A stretch of DNA of 64,000 bases, taken from NCBI GenBank assembly GCA_905178155.1, contig CAJINV010000004.1, positions 5,062,619 to 5,126,618 on the forward strand, given 5' to 3'. The position numbers and the translations under genes were made by a program. Positions 27,001-42,000 of the stretch are shown here, in pieces (position 1 is the first letter of the stretch; the number at the start of each line of letters is the position of its first letter). The DNA is from Amoebophrya sp. A120 (lineage: Eukaryota; Protista; Dinoflagellata). A model generated the notes under the pieces. The model was not told where the DNA came from and made no database searches. It was given only the letters and a program-made list of their open reading frames with translations.

Positions 27001-30000
27001 CCTACCCTCGCGCCCCCCGCGAGCCGGCTGAAATAGCCCGCTTGCTCGACCCCCTTGTAATACGGGAACTTGTACTTGCTGTCTTTCTCTTCGAGGACCT
27101 CCACCTCCCTCGCCTTGGAAAGAATGTAGGCCGGGCGGGTGCGCGTCGTCTCCCAGAAGCGCCACAGGTCGGACTCCGCGACAGAGAGGTGAGGGAATGT
27201 CGGGTCTTCCGGCACGGGGGATCCGTCCTTCTCTAGCTTGTACGGGCTGCTCCCACGATCCTGGTAACCGCGCAGCAACGCGGCGAGTGTGAACCGCTGC
27301 GACTGGCTCGAAAGCGGGCCCCAACGAACTAAATCGTTCTTCTCGTGGTTGTACACATTTTCGTAGAAGGCCGTTTTTTGGTTCTCCAAATCCGCTTCCA
27401 AAGTTGGGTGCACACCGATGTTGTCTCCGAAGAACAGTCTGCCCCCGCCCCGCGAGGCGAGTCCCAACGTCATGTACTTCGAATAGCGCAGGATGCGCCA
27501 CAGAACCAGCACCTGCTTCTTTGCGTAGGAAATGGACCCCGCACGAAGAAACCCGTACTGCTCGTCCTCCTCCGGTAAGGCCATGCTTTCGGTCACGCTG
27601 GCGCCGGCATGCTCCAGCTCGAATGCTGCAAGGTCGTCCGGCGCCGCGCCTGGCTTTTTAGTACCGGCGCCCTCTTGCAGTTCTGCTTCAGCTGCGCCGC
27701 CGGTAGCCTTGGTATTAGCACCAGCAGCCGCGCCGCCCTCGTGGTCCATCAAAAGATCGTTGGACAAAGCTACAGACCGGTGAAACGCTTCTTGCAATTT
27801 CCGGCTCTGCCGCTCTGTTAAACTGGCAGTGGTTGATAATGCCTGGTCTGCTACAATTGGTTCTGCGGATAGATATACTATCTCATTTTCAGCAGGCCTG
27901 TAGTTTGCGCCCACAGCTCCGGCCGCTGACGTACTCAGAAGAGAAACTTCGCTTGCATACACGGACACTGTACCTGCTCCCGCGATCATTTCGGCCCCCT
28001 TGTTCTGGGGTCTCCAACTACTATCCTCTTCCCTTTGTCTATCGCACGAAAAAAGTCGTGTTACAGTTACACATTTCTATGGAGTTTCTGCATCACAAAG
28101 TTGCTCGACATGACAAAGAAAATCTGTGATGCGCAGACAGCAAGGGAGAACAGGAATGAAATATGGATGGCAAGCATTTCCTGCATGACAGAGGTTGTCT
28201 GTCTTGCTAGTCTCCCATCAGAGTGTGTAAGTGTAACACTTTTTTCTCACGATATTGTCGCTCCTCCACCGCGGCAAACTGGAGTTCTCGCAGTTCTTTC
28301 TCTTGGTATTTCCGGATCTCGTGCTGGCGTCGTAACTCGCTGTAGTCCGAGGAGGAGGGTTTTCCGAGGTGGACGGCAGTTGAGAATGCTGCTGTTGACC
28401 CAGGACCAGCTTCGCTCTCCGGACTTTCTGCACGACGGACACCCTGGGCAGCAATATCGTCGTCCATTCGCACTGGGTGAATTTGCTTTTCCATCTCCAG
28501 GAAGTCCTCAAACCGACCACTTGTTTCGTCGCCTCCATCTAGCAAATCTGGTGTGCGCTTGGAAATATCTTCTGCCCCCGCGGCCTCATCCGGGGAACCA
28601 GACTCACCGCCAGCAGCAGAATTAATATCCCGCTCCGGCTTTGTAACTCCATCTGTATCGGCTGTCTGCTCCGCAACAAAATAATCCGCCGGCTTGCCGG
28701 TGACGAGATATTTCAGGATTTCGAAGGACGTGAAATCGAACGCGAGGTACTCCAACTCTTGTCCGATCACCTCCTCCCCGGTAATCCGGTCCTCCACTTT
28801 TTTGTGATCCCCAACGGAAATTTCGGTTGGTTGCTTGACCCAGCTCACGCGCCGCTGCTCATTGCGCATTGGTCTGTTCGTCGTTCGGATTCGCTCGAGG
28901 GACGAGAGTGTGGGGGCCTTCTCGATCAAAAACGGGGGCCACTCTTCCCGTTGTAGATCAGGGGAACGCAGTAAGGCACAACTCTGTAGCTCGGCGGTGC
29001 TTGCAGATGCAGTCATTTTTCCGGCCAGACTACTGCTGCTTCCACCTCCGTTGAAAGGCATTGACGCTAGACCACTTGACGAAGGTGAAGACGTGGCTCC
29101 GCCTCCGCCTGAAGAAGCAGACATTGATGATCCAAACATACTAACGATACTTTTCTGGGACTCCATGGCCGCCCGGAGGCGGCCCTGGGGTCCCTTGTAG
29201 AGTTCTTTGTAATTCCTCTCCGTGTTCCGCAGTGTGCCGGCCTGGCTAAAGAGAGCAGAGATGAGACTCCGGGTCACGCGCCGCGGGAGCTTGGTAGGCT
29301 TCGGATTTGTAGTTCCTGTGGTGGTTCTTCCCTCCGCCAGGGGTTCCCGGTTTTCGCGGAGACAGTGCAAATGCTCCATCTCGCGTTTCAGAGTGGCATC
29401 TGCTCCGGTTACCACTTGTGCCTTCCTTCCGCACTTTCGAGAGACCACCGGCGCTTCCAGCAAGTGGTCGTAAATTCGGTTTAACCGATCCGCATTGTCC
29501 CCGAGTAACCGCTTCTTTTCCCCTTCCTCCTCAGAGGCGGAAGATGAAAAGCTCGAACTGCGCGAACTACGAACGATGTCTTTGAACTCGAAGAGAATCT
29601 TGCTGCTTTCTATTCCGAAATATCCACAGGAAATTTCCCGCACACGTACAAATGCGGTCTCTGCATCATCATCATCATGTAGTGGACACCCGCTCCCAGC
29701 GCCGCAGGTCAAGGATCCCCTCCCCGGGGGGTGGGCGAGGAAGCACTTTCGGCAACCTCATCATACAAAAGCCGAGCGCTACCACGGCGAGTCGCCCCAA
29801 GAAAAGTGCCGACCAGTCGGGAGCTACCCACCACACCTGATCAGCACAGCCCGGCCAGCTAGCCCAGCCGAAAAATTGGTTTCTGCATGACAAAAATTGG
29901 TTTCGATCCTAGTTTAGCATGACAAGTTCTGCCCTCCAAATTCGTGAAGTTTGTGATGCATCCTGTACATGTACGGAAAATTAGTACTGCATACGAAAGC

Positions 30001-33000
30001 GTCGTCTTCCATCTCGGCCTCACTTTCCCCGGTCTCGACCCCGTACCCACGCCCGCCGATAGGCGGCGCGCCGTTGAAGGGCTCGGGCTCCTTCTCCGTT
30101 TTGACGTTCTATGAATTGCAAAAGTATCGCACTCGTATAAATGCATCACAAATTTCCTCAGCATGAGAGATAAAATTTATTAACTTAAGAGAAAGATTTG
30201 TAATGCATGACTGCAATACGAGTACGATACTTTTGCACAGGATACGTTCTCCGCCGCCACAATGTTGGCGTTTTGCGCCATGCCCTGGGCGATCGCGCCC
30301 AGCTGCAGCGTTTCCTCCGTATCCAGCTCGTCTCGCTGCGATGTTTCCATCGACATGTCTTCCTGGGCGGAAATGGACAACTCGGTCTGCGCAGACACCT
30401 GCAACGCCACCCCGGTCGACCCCGGCCGGTCCATCGGGCCGGACGTGTCTGTATCAAGAGAAAACGGGTCAATACTATCCGAATTGTCTTCGTCCTCGCA
30501 CACTGTGTCGCTATCGCCGCTGGTGGTGCCACAAGAGGTACTGCAAGATGAACCTCCGGTGGAAAGATTATCATCGTCGTCATCGTCGCGATAGGATGCT
30601 CCTGATCCGGAGGAAAACTCACAAATTTCCCACGGCACCATTGCCTTCCCTCGTTGAGCGCTCCGATTTGCGGCTAGCGCCTGGATGTTTCGGAGCCACG
30701 CTTTGCTGCCGTTTGTGGTCGTGAAATGCTGTTTCAGCAGCTCCTTCAGCTCCTCAACCACCGACTCCGAAAACGCCAAGCTACCCCCGAGTCGGGGGTA
30801 CGCATTGGCCTCGAGCACGCCGGCGGCGGTGAGGGTCTTGGATTCCTGCTGGGCGGCGAAAAATCCGTCAATCACCGTTGCCAACGTGAACCCCGAGGTC
30901 CTTTTTGCGACCAGTGCCAGCGCTTGCAGCTCGCTCCTGTCAGCGATATCTGGCGGCGAGAGTTCTTTGATCAGCTCAAGCCAGGAAGACGTTTTCAGAC
31001 TGGTGGGGGATGAGTAGAGAAGGTCCTCGGGCTTGAACATTTTGGCTTCTTCATCTTGGGGTTTCCTCTTCCCAGTGGAGGCAAGATGTTGAGCGGCTTG
31101 TAGTTCTACCTGTGGGGTGATCACATTACCATCGAAGAAGAACCCGGTGCCGATAGACTCTTCGGACAGCGTCCACGTGTCGTCTTGCTCCTCAGCTTCG
31201 TCTGTCTGCTCACCAGATGATCCCTTTATTCGGCGCGGTGGTCCACGCAATCCGAGAAACGGCACCCACCAGCGCGCGCGTTCTTCGGTGATTGGTGATG
31301 TCGCGGGATCCACCGGAAAAGATCCGTCCATTGGTTCGTCAACGTCAGCGTCGCCATGCTGATGTTGCTGTTGCTCCTCTGTCGTGCTGGGCAGGATCTT
31401 CAAGTCTGATGACTGTTTCCCGACTAGATGATTGGAAGCAGACCACGCGGAGCTGCCGAAGTAGCTCCAAAACTTCAAGTACTCGAACAGCTTGGCAACA
31501 CGCTCAGTGGGTATTCCCTGGAAATCAACCATCCCCATCCACTTTTTGCATGACAAACACACTTTTTACGTACATGTTTTGCATGACAAATTAGATGGGG
31601 ATGGTTAATTTTCAGGGGATAGTGGGTCTGCGGTAGCCACGAAGAAATTCCGGGAGGAGGAGCTGCTGTTCCGGCATGTTTATTTGACTGCTCATACCAG
31701 TACTTCCCGGCGATGGTAGCAGGATGTCTTCTCGGGTTATCGGGATGGGCAGATGTTGCGGAACTAGTTCCTGGCTCTGTTCGACCACTCTATTTTTCGT
31801 GCCCCCGGTGCCGCGCCGACGTCGGAGTAAAGGCCAGAGCGCGGTATTGTGACTGAGAAAGCCTCTTGGAATGAAGGAAGTCGAATGTGTTTCCTTACTG
31901 GTAGTGCCACTGCCACGAAGACCACCCTCTTTCGAGCTGCCAACATGCTGCTCGCTGGTCGTAGGCAAAAATCGACTCGAAAACGCCTCCTTCAAGCTTT
32001 TCTCCCGTGGATCAAGATTTATTTCATCGTCTGCTCGAGTGGTACGGATCACTTTGGGACGCAAATACCGCCCAGCGACTTGATTCATAACTTGGCGAGC
32101 CAGTACCATCCCGACTTCGATGACCGCAAACGCCGAGGCCCAGGCGCGATCGACTTTTCCTTCCGCGGCAGCGGGGTCAAACGCACGCAACGCCATCACC
32201 GCAAGCTGCTCGCGCCCTTCGTTTGTCGCCGTGACCTCAACTTCATTCTTGATGCGACCAGCGCCGGAATCAATATGCGGTGCTCTTGTTTCGGTATTAA
32301 CAACAGAAGTCTCGTCTTCATGATCTTTCCCTTCATCCAAAATGCGCCGAAAGAAGCTGACCATGGTACTAGCGCTTTCATTTTGCGCTCCATCACGACC
32401 TTGTGGCCGCAGGATGTTGTTGGCACTACTTCCACTCTCGTCAAGAGCAACACCTCCCGCGTTATGCTGCAACTCCAGCTGCAAAAGATTCTTCCAGCGC
32501 CGGTCACGCCGCGCCCGGAGAATGTTCCCAAGGCGCGCGGCGAAGTCCTGCGCCGCGAATCGGACGAACCCCGTCGCGAAACTCTCCATCACAAAGGCCT
32601 GCCGTGGGCCCGGGTCTTTCGGGCGAAACAGCACCTCCGTCATCAGTCGCTGATCTTCGTCGTGGAGTGGATGTTGATCGCCACTAGTAGTCGGAGGTAC
32701 AACAACATACCCGTCCATTTGGTTGCTGATCTCGACATCGGTCCGGAAAAAACCGTACAGCGCCAGTACACTCGCCACTTCGGTCTCGTAGTCTTCGTCC
32801 AGAATCTGTTCTACAGAAGTTGATGTTGGTGTTGCACTATCCTCACTTTGACTTTTATGTGCTTGGAGAAAAACCTCAACTTCCTTTTGGACTTGGTTCA
32901 AGAACCCTTCGTGCGTCAGCCCGCTCCCCGCCGTGGACAGCAAATTCTTCTTGCGAAGAGCCAACAACTTCCTCCGTAGATTGACGCTTGGGGAAAGAAC

Positions 33001-36000
33001 CGCGGTATCGGCGAAATTGTCCGCAATTTCCTCTGGGTGAAACTTTTCCAGTAGCGTTTTGTGATCAGGGATGGCTGGGTCGTTGATGTTCAGGAAGGGT
33101 TCTGATAAATCATCCTGCTCGTGGTCATTTGCAGTAGTGCTTGTTGTGCCGAAAAACATACCAGTGCCCCCAGCTGCTCTAACAGAAAGTAGACTGACAC
33201 CAGGACTAGTGACGCCTCCTCCCGCGGGGTTCTGCTCCCGCTGCGAACTACGTCCACCGCTCAAGCTGGACCACAAGGAGCCAGTAGTAGGCGCGGTCTG
33301 TTGTTGTCCGCTCGAAGAACATGCTGGCCCCGTTCCGGCTGTTCCATCAACTGCAGACTTCGGGTCATTTTCCTGCGTCAGTATGTTTTTGATCTTCAAG
33401 TGAAACAGACGCGAGGCCACCAGACGGTTTTGCAAGTTTTCAATACCATCCCGCTCGTCGAAATACAATTGCGCGAGTTTTCGCAGCTTTTCCATCCATT
33501 TCCCCCTTGTTTTCCTGGTGCAGGGCGTGCGCGCAAAGTACCCAGCCCAGCCGTGATACAGTTGCGGCACAAGCAGCTCGTCCGCCGGCACTCCGATGGA
33601 CGAGAACCCCGTGTGCAAACGGTTCAAAACAAACATGTCGTCGTTGGGGTGGGCGATAGTAGAACTTCTACGGCTGATAGAAGTAGTACCGTAGGGGAGG
33701 TTATGCATTGCAAATATGTCTTGGTCTGGAACGTTGCAAGACTTGTCACGCCGGTTTTCCATGACCCATGAGGTCTGGAATGCGAAACCCAGCATGACAG
33801 ATCTTTTGAGGTCTCTCTCCAGCATGCTTCTCCTGCATGAGAAACCCCCTCTCAAGATGAACTTGGTCAAAAGCGGGCAGCTTTTTGTACTCACGCAACA
33901 CAGATTCTTGCATCATTCAGATTTAGCATGACAAGTTTTAATCTTCCAGACCCAGACATATTTGCAATGCATAGAGGTTCTTGGAATCAGTTGTCTGATG
34001 GTCGTGTATGATCTCCTCGTGCTCCTGCAGCTCGATCTGTAACCCAGTCAAAACATCACCCATCACCTCCCGAGAGGGTTTGTTTGACTTTTTCAAATCA
34101 TGCTCGGACTCTTCTTCCCCTCTGTCCTGAGAAAAGCTGCTTTCATCTTCGGGCGAAGTAAAGTGGCTTCCAAACAAATCACCCGCGTCACCTCCGTTGG
34201 CTGTTGATGACCACATGCGGTTCAGGCCCGCGGTGTTGTCGAGCATTTCCATCGCTTTGCGCTCGTAGAAAGTTCGTGGCTGCAAGGGAACCGTGATGGA
34301 ATGCAGCTCCGTCTGTAGTAGGTTCAGCACCCGCTCGGATTCCGTATTCTGCTGGGGGTCGAAGCCCCGCGGAACAGTTTCACCAAACTCCGCAAGTGCT
34401 TCTCGCTCGACCGCCGACAGCTTCACGGCCACCTCGGTCTGTCGGCGCAAAACGGCCTCCGACTCTGTGGCAACGTGGTCAAAATACCACCCGCTTTTCT
34501 GCTTCGCACGCTTTTGTAGGGGTTCGTGGAAGAAAAGCTCGAGCATATCGGCCACCGTGCGATGCAACGCCGGCATCTGCTGCGGATTGATCATAGTACT
34601 CGTCCCATAATCATTTTTTTGCAACCCTGCCTGCAGCTCCTGCGGATCTTCTCGGTGAAAAGCTGCGGCCTGCTCCAAAGCCCGTTCTTTTTCTTCGCTG
34701 AATTCTCCGTTCCGGAGCAACCGCTGCTTTTCCTGCAACAAGGCTCTCCTCTTTTCTTCCCGCTTCCCACGTTTGAAAACCGCCGCCTCCGCCGCTGTCC
34801 TTATCACGTCCGTTTCGCCGCCGTAGGGATTCACCGTCACCGGCGGCCCCTCGGCGACAAACGCCTTCACAGTCAAGCGTCGGGCACCGAACCGAAAGCT
34901 GGTCCGCCGTTTTTTCCGCGTTTTTTTGCTGTCCTGATCTAGCTCGGATCTCCGCTTCTTGAACACCGTGAGCCGGGCCTGCAACCACTTGCCGCGGGAT
35001 GAGATTTCAGCCTGAAGACTAGCGGATAAGACGCTTGATGAAAAATGCTCTTCGCTCTCCTGAAATAGCCCGTACCCCTCGCGGAGTTTCAGGAGCCTGT
35101 GCTCGTACATTTCCAATTCTTGGACGGAAATGGCCCCGTCGAGCCGGTGCGCGTCCAGCAAGTCTGCCAGTCCGTCTAGCCGTTTCAAGTACTGGTGAAT
35201 AGGGGGTAATGGGACAACCGCGAGAATGTTTTCACCTTCGCTTTTTGTAGGCGGTTGCCACGCCTCGCCCGTCGCTGCACTTTCAAGAACATCGTGCACG
35301 ACTTCCACGGAAGTGGTTTTGGCTTTGGTTTTTTCATTTTCACGCTCGACCAGGTAAATTTGTATATTTGCCAGCTGCCGGCTCCGCGCTTCCCGCAGTA
35401 ACTGCTTCGGGCAGCGACGCGTTTCCAAATAGTGCTCTTGGTGCGCGACGTCCGCTAGTGTGGACAAGAAGAGCAAGTCACGATCTTGCAGGTACGCTTC
35501 CCGCTCGGCCTCTGCATCCACGCTGTGGTGGAGTTGCGCGGCTGAGAGTCGTGCTGCCACGGAAGGACGACTTCCCGATGGAGCCGAGATTCCAGCTGGC
35601 ACTGCGTTTGAGGTTCCTGTTCCCCCCACAACTCCTGGCTGCGAGGATGCGAGGTAGTCGTCGCGATATGGCAAGTTTGTCACCACCAGGTCGTCTGCTT
35701 CGGTGTTCCCAGTGTGCATCGACTCCATCGAAACCTCGAGCGCCAGCAGACTCCAAGTCCCGACGTTCGCCTTGTTGCGCACGGGTACGAGATACAGGCG
35801 GTGCAGGTGCTCGTCCTGCTGCTCGAGAAGACCAGCCGGTCGTGCAGTCGAAGCTCTAGTACTCCCAGTAGTTGTAGTGGTGGTCCCAGGAGCTGCTCCT
35901 GCGCCACCACCCGTGACGAGCACTTCCGCCGCGATTTCCCCTAGAATCGAGCCCAGGGACTTGCGGTCCAGCAGGTCCTGGTCCTGGCGCTCCTCATCTC

Positions 36001-39000
36001 GGAAAATGACCGGGCGCGTCCACGTGACTGAGCGTGCTTTGGCGGGAAGATTTTCAGCTTTGCTGGTCAGAACAGTTACGAGTTTTTCGTCTAAAATCGC
36101 ATTCATCTCCTCCCTGGCTTCTTCCTGGTGAAGGAGCAGCTGCGAAGTGGATACTCCGGATGTTCGCTGCTGCGTTTGTTGCCCGCCGGTTGGGTCTTCG
36201 GCACCATCGCCGGACGACGGCGACGTGTTGGCGGAAGCAGCAGTTGCTAGCCGCGCATTACCACCGGAAGCAGCAGGACTAGGGCCGGCTTCGCTTACGG
36301 TTGTCGCGCCGCTGTGTTGTCGCTGCGCCGGCTGTGGCTGCTCGACAGCAGCTTCGGGAGACACAAGTCGTTGCAGAAAGCCACCGCGCGCTGGTTTCGT
36401 CTGCGGCGATGCTGAAGCAAACGACTCCGTTGAGATGTTCTTTCCCACAGAGGAACCCTCGTGATCAACGTCTCGGGCAGCAGCAGCTGCAGCATTCCGC
36501 CTCGCCACAAGCTCACGTCTCGCGATCAACCGTGCCTGCCGCACCCACGCTTCGCGCTCGACAACCGCTGTAACCTTTTCGACTTGAAACTTCTCCATCA
36601 GAAACTCCGTAAAATCACGCAACCGAGGCAGTTTTCCGGGCGCGCCCACCGGCGTCACTAGTTTTGCAACGCGATCCTGGGCGCGTAGGAAATCCACGTC
36701 CGAGCCGGCAGTTGTTGTTGTGGGGGGGAGGAAGATATTATTTTTGTCGGTCATAGCGGAAAACGCGTTACGCAAGAACAGATTGAACAAGGACAGCAGC
36801 TCGCTCCGCAACAGCGCGTGCTCGCGCCCCAAGACGATCAACTCTCGGCGTCTAGTGTGTGGCCCTCGGTCTTGGTGTTGTGCGGCCGGTTGTTCTTTGA
36901 TAATACTGGAGGACTCAACTACAGGGGTAGCGTGCGCGTGGTCATCAGGTGTCGCAGACGGAGCAACATTAACACCGCGATCCTGCTGTCCAGTCTCGGC
37001 GCTCTGCTGAACTGCAGCTGGCTCTGCAGTTCCTTGATCGCAAGAATCCCGCCCCATCTGCACATCCGGCTCCTGGTCAGCTGCACCAGCAGGAACTGGC
37101 GAAGTTCTTTGGCAGCGCAAATCTTCTTCACCGCGCCTGACCTCCTGTTCCAGTTCCTCCGCACGCTGGATCTCTGCTGCAGGCAACCACGGCACAAAGT
37201 TCGAACTCGGACCGTGCACCTTGGTCAACAATAATGACACTTCTTGCAGCGACACCTGCCCGCGCAAGGACAAGAGCAACTTCTGGACAAACTGCACTTG
37301 CTCCTCCTCCGCGACCTCCTCCCGCAGGGCTTGAAGCTGCAACGTCAGCCGCTTCTGTTGCCCGCCGGTCCCGTCCTCCGCAGCAGGATTATTTTCTCCT
37401 CCGCCTCCCGGCGTCCGGGGGCGGTTTGCCGGTGTAACGCCGTAGTTTTCCTCCACCGCCGCCGTGGCGGCATCCAAGTCGCGCCTTAGCAGCGCTTCCG
37501 CCTTCAGGTCTTGGCTCAGGTGGTCCTTTAGCTGCGCAGCCCCGCCTGCAGTTGTCATATCAGCGCTGTACTGATCGTCACCGGAAGTAGCCGGGCCGGA
37601 TACTAGAATGCTCGAGACCAGATCTGCCGCCGAGAACAACGACGTCAGGGTTTGCACGAGCCCCGTCTGCACCTCCAAAGCGTCGTACCGTTTGAGGAAT
37701 ACGGAAGAATGCAGCGAACGGTCGACGCCACTTGTAGTTCCCGAAACTGATGCACCAGGCGCTGCAGCCGATGGCTCCGCGAATCCAGTTCCATCTTTGC
37801 GTTTGCCGGCGCCAGGTCTAGAAGGCACTCCGTCCACCTCCTCTCCGAGGTTATCATCCGCGATGAAAGCGAGTTCACCGATGTCGTTGAAGGAAACGGC
37901 GTCATCAAGACTAACCACTTCTTCTCCGACCACCAACATGGAATCCATCTTGCTCGTCCGGCCCAGCACGCGCTCCGCGACCGCGGACACGCGTGTGGTC
38001 GGCGTCAAAGCAGGAGTCGCTCCAGCTCTTAGCAGGCCGAGTTCCAGCTGCCGCAGCGATTCGGCGGTGAGACGACCCTCTGCAGTTCCAAGTAGATCTT
38101 GATGCTGCGCCTTGTCGTCGTCAGCACTCAAGTGGTCCTTCTCGAGAAAGTTTTTCTTGAAGTCTTCGTCACTTAAAGTTAAACTTTTGTTCGCTTCCTC
38201 GTTAAATTGGTCCTGGATGCGGGATAAATCCGGCTCGTAGTCCTCATCGACGCGCTGTTCTTTTTCCTGCAGGTCGTTTCGCTGCTGTTCCACCTCTTCC
38301 AAACCCGCGATGTGCCTCGGCGTTGTCACTACTGCGAGACGCGCGACCATGTCCCGGACGAACCGCTGGAGGTGGTGCAACAGCTGCAGGGCGGCTGTAG
38401 CTCGGGCTTTTGTTTCTTTTTCAAACGTGATTGTAGCCGCATCATGTTGATCTCCAAGTTGTTCTTCAGGGTCAACGTCCATAGGAGCCGAATCTTCTTT
38501 TTCGTGAGGAAGTAGACCTCCGCTGTGCAGAGGACGCTCTTTCTCATGCTCCTTCGCTAGTACAGATGATCTGCTAGTTTTCAACAACGCCGCAGGCTTG
38601 AGAGCGATCGGCGCGAGTCGTGCGATTTGAGCAAGCACTTCCGGAAAGTTGTCCGACCATTCCAGCAAATGCTGCGCAACTTCGGTTGTGACAGACGCGC
38701 TCTCCTCTCCCAACAGCCCATAGCGCGCCGGGAACGGCGGGATCGGATGGTTAGCCTCTCCAAAAATCTTTTCCAAGAGCGATTCCATCGTGCTGGCGAA
38801 AACGGTAGATGGGCCTGCTGTTTGCGGGTGCGAGAAATAAGCCCCCGCAGATCCTCCCGGGCGTGGCGTCTGTCCCCCGCGAGCCGACATGAGGGGCTGC
38901 GCTCCCGGGTGCAGCTGCCCAGGAGCAGCTTGTGCAACGGGATGCCTCCGGAAGAAGGAAGCGCGACGGGCATCCAACCCAGCCAGGCGCGAGGAGTGCA

Positions 39001-42000
39001 TCATGGCACCACCAGCGCTGCGCATCCCGACGGAACGGACGAATTCCGTTGCGAGTCGCACGGCCTTCTGCGTTTTCGCGGTCTCCTCAGGATTCTTCGT
39101 GCGCAGCTGCCAATCCTTCTTCTGGAGCGGCTGCAAAAGCTGTGTCGGGGTTGCTCGCGCAAGCTCCGCGCTCCAGGACCAAGAAAGCGAGTCAGCGGAT
39201 GCTGGCACTAGTGGGTCATCGTCGTCCACATTTGGGGTCAGTAAGAGGTACTCCTCTAATTCTCCATAATCAGGACCACGCGACAATCGTTCAGCCTGTA
39301 AAAGTATCTTAACCTTAACTCGGCACCTGCTGAACAGTGCGAGCAGTATGTCTGAGTTGATTCCGCTGCGCTCGTGGTTCCAGGCCCTGAGCTTGTCCTT
39401 CCTAGTTTTCTGCGCTGCTTCCAATTCCAAGTCACGATAAGGCCACATTAGGTAGTTCAGGTCAATGTTCTTTTTGTCTTCGGCTTCTCGTCCTGACTCA
39501 ATGTTGAGAACGGCCGCGTCTTCTGCTACCACTTCTTTCCAGGTTTGGATTAAAGGATAGAGCACTTCAAGCAGGCCTCTCCGGCCCAGCACAAACCCTC
39601 TCGGATCGTCTATACGCCCAATCAGCTCCCGCTTGCCCTTCTCGGTCAGCACAAGCTCGCCGGCTTCGCTCTTTGTCCTCTTTGCCCAGTCCTTGCAATA
39701 CTTGAATGTGTGGGTATTGCTATTGACATCCAATCTCACCCGCACTGTTGGCCGATTGCTATCTTCTCCGGGGTGCACCAGACCAGTGAGTAAATTTTCT
39801 TTGTGCTGCTCCACTGCCAGCAATGTTGGGCTGACGAAATCCCGCATCAGTCTTTGAAGAAGCCTGTTTGACACTGCGCGACAGGATGCTAGCTTCTCTA
39901 TCACTTCCAGGAACACGCTCTGCAGGGGGGTCCGTTTGTTCGCAGATGGGTCGTTCGTTCCGTATGGGTCAGCATTCTGTTGCTGCTCCGCCAAAGAAGG
40001 GGAGATCGAGAAGATGTACGGCGGCCACGCAAACCAATTCTCTTCCCGCTCCGCCAAACGGAACGCAGCTTCTTCCAGGAAGGCCAGCGACTTCGCATGA
40101 TTTTGCGTCTCGCACGCCAGGGTCCGATCCTTGAGCCGAACATCCGACATGTGCGCCGGCACGGCACGAATTACGCTGCGCCTATGGTCATTCACGGCCT
40201 GCCTCTGCTTCGTTGTCGGCGCGTCGCCTGATGCTGCAGCATCCCCTAGTAGAAATGTTGGATCTGATCCAAGGTAACTTCCGGCGCCCCCTTCTGAGAG
40301 TCGCGACAAGAGGGACGTCGTGCCAGGCGTAGCCTCCTCGAAGAACGACGCGAGCAAATTGTCTTTCGCCTCAATCAAAATGCTTTTCTTCTGCTCAGTT
40401 ACTGAGGAGAAGAAAGCATCCAGTAAAGTAGTAGAGGTCGTGGCGTCGCCTTGTTCAGGAGCCAACGTCGACTCTGCACTTTCCCATTGTGCAAGCGCTG
40501 CGTTGAAAATCCGCGCGACCACCTGATCGAAGAATGGCGGGGAATGATCCGAGTGTACGAGCATGCCAAATTCGTGCACGAGCTCGGTGAGAATGGCTAT
40601 TTCACTCCCGGCACCGTCCATGCCGTCCGATTGCACCCGCAAGTCTGCTTGAATCGTTTTGTGCAGCGAGCCTAAGCGGAGGCGCAGTTCCTCTTTCACC
40701 AAGTCTTCGGCTCCTGAAGCTATAGAAAAGGTAGAAGTTGAGCCTTCCCCTACCGTGCCCGTTCCAATTCCGCCTTCGTCTTCATCAACATCAGGCACGA
40801 CATCATTGGTCGGAAGTAGCTGCGAAGAACTCGTCGCGGGGACGCCGTCAGCGTCATTCTGTTTCATCGGACTGACTGCTAGCCGCAGCGGGAAAAAGAG
40901 AGCACGAAACGCTTCAGCGCCGCTGCCGACGAGCGACATCAGACCAGCGTTGATGCGCGAGCGCACGGCGTCCAAAAACGCGAGCAGCAGCGCCTCCCGC
41001 ACGATTTTCGGGTGCGCCTGGAGGTTCAGTGCGTCAAGTTTCTGGATGACCATGCTCTTGCTCATCTCGTCAGCTCCGTCTATGCGAAGCGTGTCCACTA
41101 GGCTGCGGTAGATATTCATTTCAGAGTCATCGTCTCTAGGAACCGCCGTCGCCGGTTCTTGTAGGTTCTTTTCAACATCATGTGAAGATAGAATGCGTGA
41201 CTGCAGTAGCGAATGTTCTCGTGCAGTGCGAAGCAGAGTCGTCATGACGATCAAACCGAAGTTTCCCGCAAAAATTCTGTACGGATCGACATCTGAGTCG
41301 GTTTGGCTTTTCTCCGTCCTCGTCTTCCTCGTCCGCTGTGCTTCTACCAGAAAGCTATTCACCGCAAAGGTGAGGATTTCGGACCCTGACTCGATGAGAG
41401 GTAGTTTCTTTGAGATAAAAGAAAGCTGGGCCACCTGGGCATTTTTCTTCTCAGCTGCAGCGACGTCGCGTAGCAAAAGCACATCCTGAACCAGAATTTG
41501 CGCTATGGTTCGCCGAAAGAGTGTCACGATGCGTGGATCTTCGTGCTTCCCCAACCCGAGGTCATCTTCCGAGTCCGGCTCGGGGTCATCTTCGCTGTGG
41601 ATCAACACCGCTGGGTGCAACCACCTAGCAACTTGCACATCAAAAACACCTCCTTCGTTTGTAGTCTGCTCGGTCAGTCGAAGTAGCTGGCTCATACCGA
41701 GCAAGTAGCGCGGCGTGGCAGCCAGGCTCCACGATTTGTGTGCATTGCGAAGCGCGTCCACTTTTGCGAATTGCGTTCGGCAACCCAAACGAAGCAGGTC
41801 AGTGTCGAGAGAGTCGAGCAACCCAACGTCGTGAATGCCAGTTCTCGCTTGTTCGGCCAAGTACATGTTTCGGTTGACAAACTTTTTTTGCTGTTCCAAC
41901 AGGGTAAAGCGCACAACTGCGCCAACCAGATCGCCGACTGCGTCACGCTGGGTGTCCAAGAATCGGCTCTTCATCGCCCCCGCCCCGCTTGCTTTTTTAC

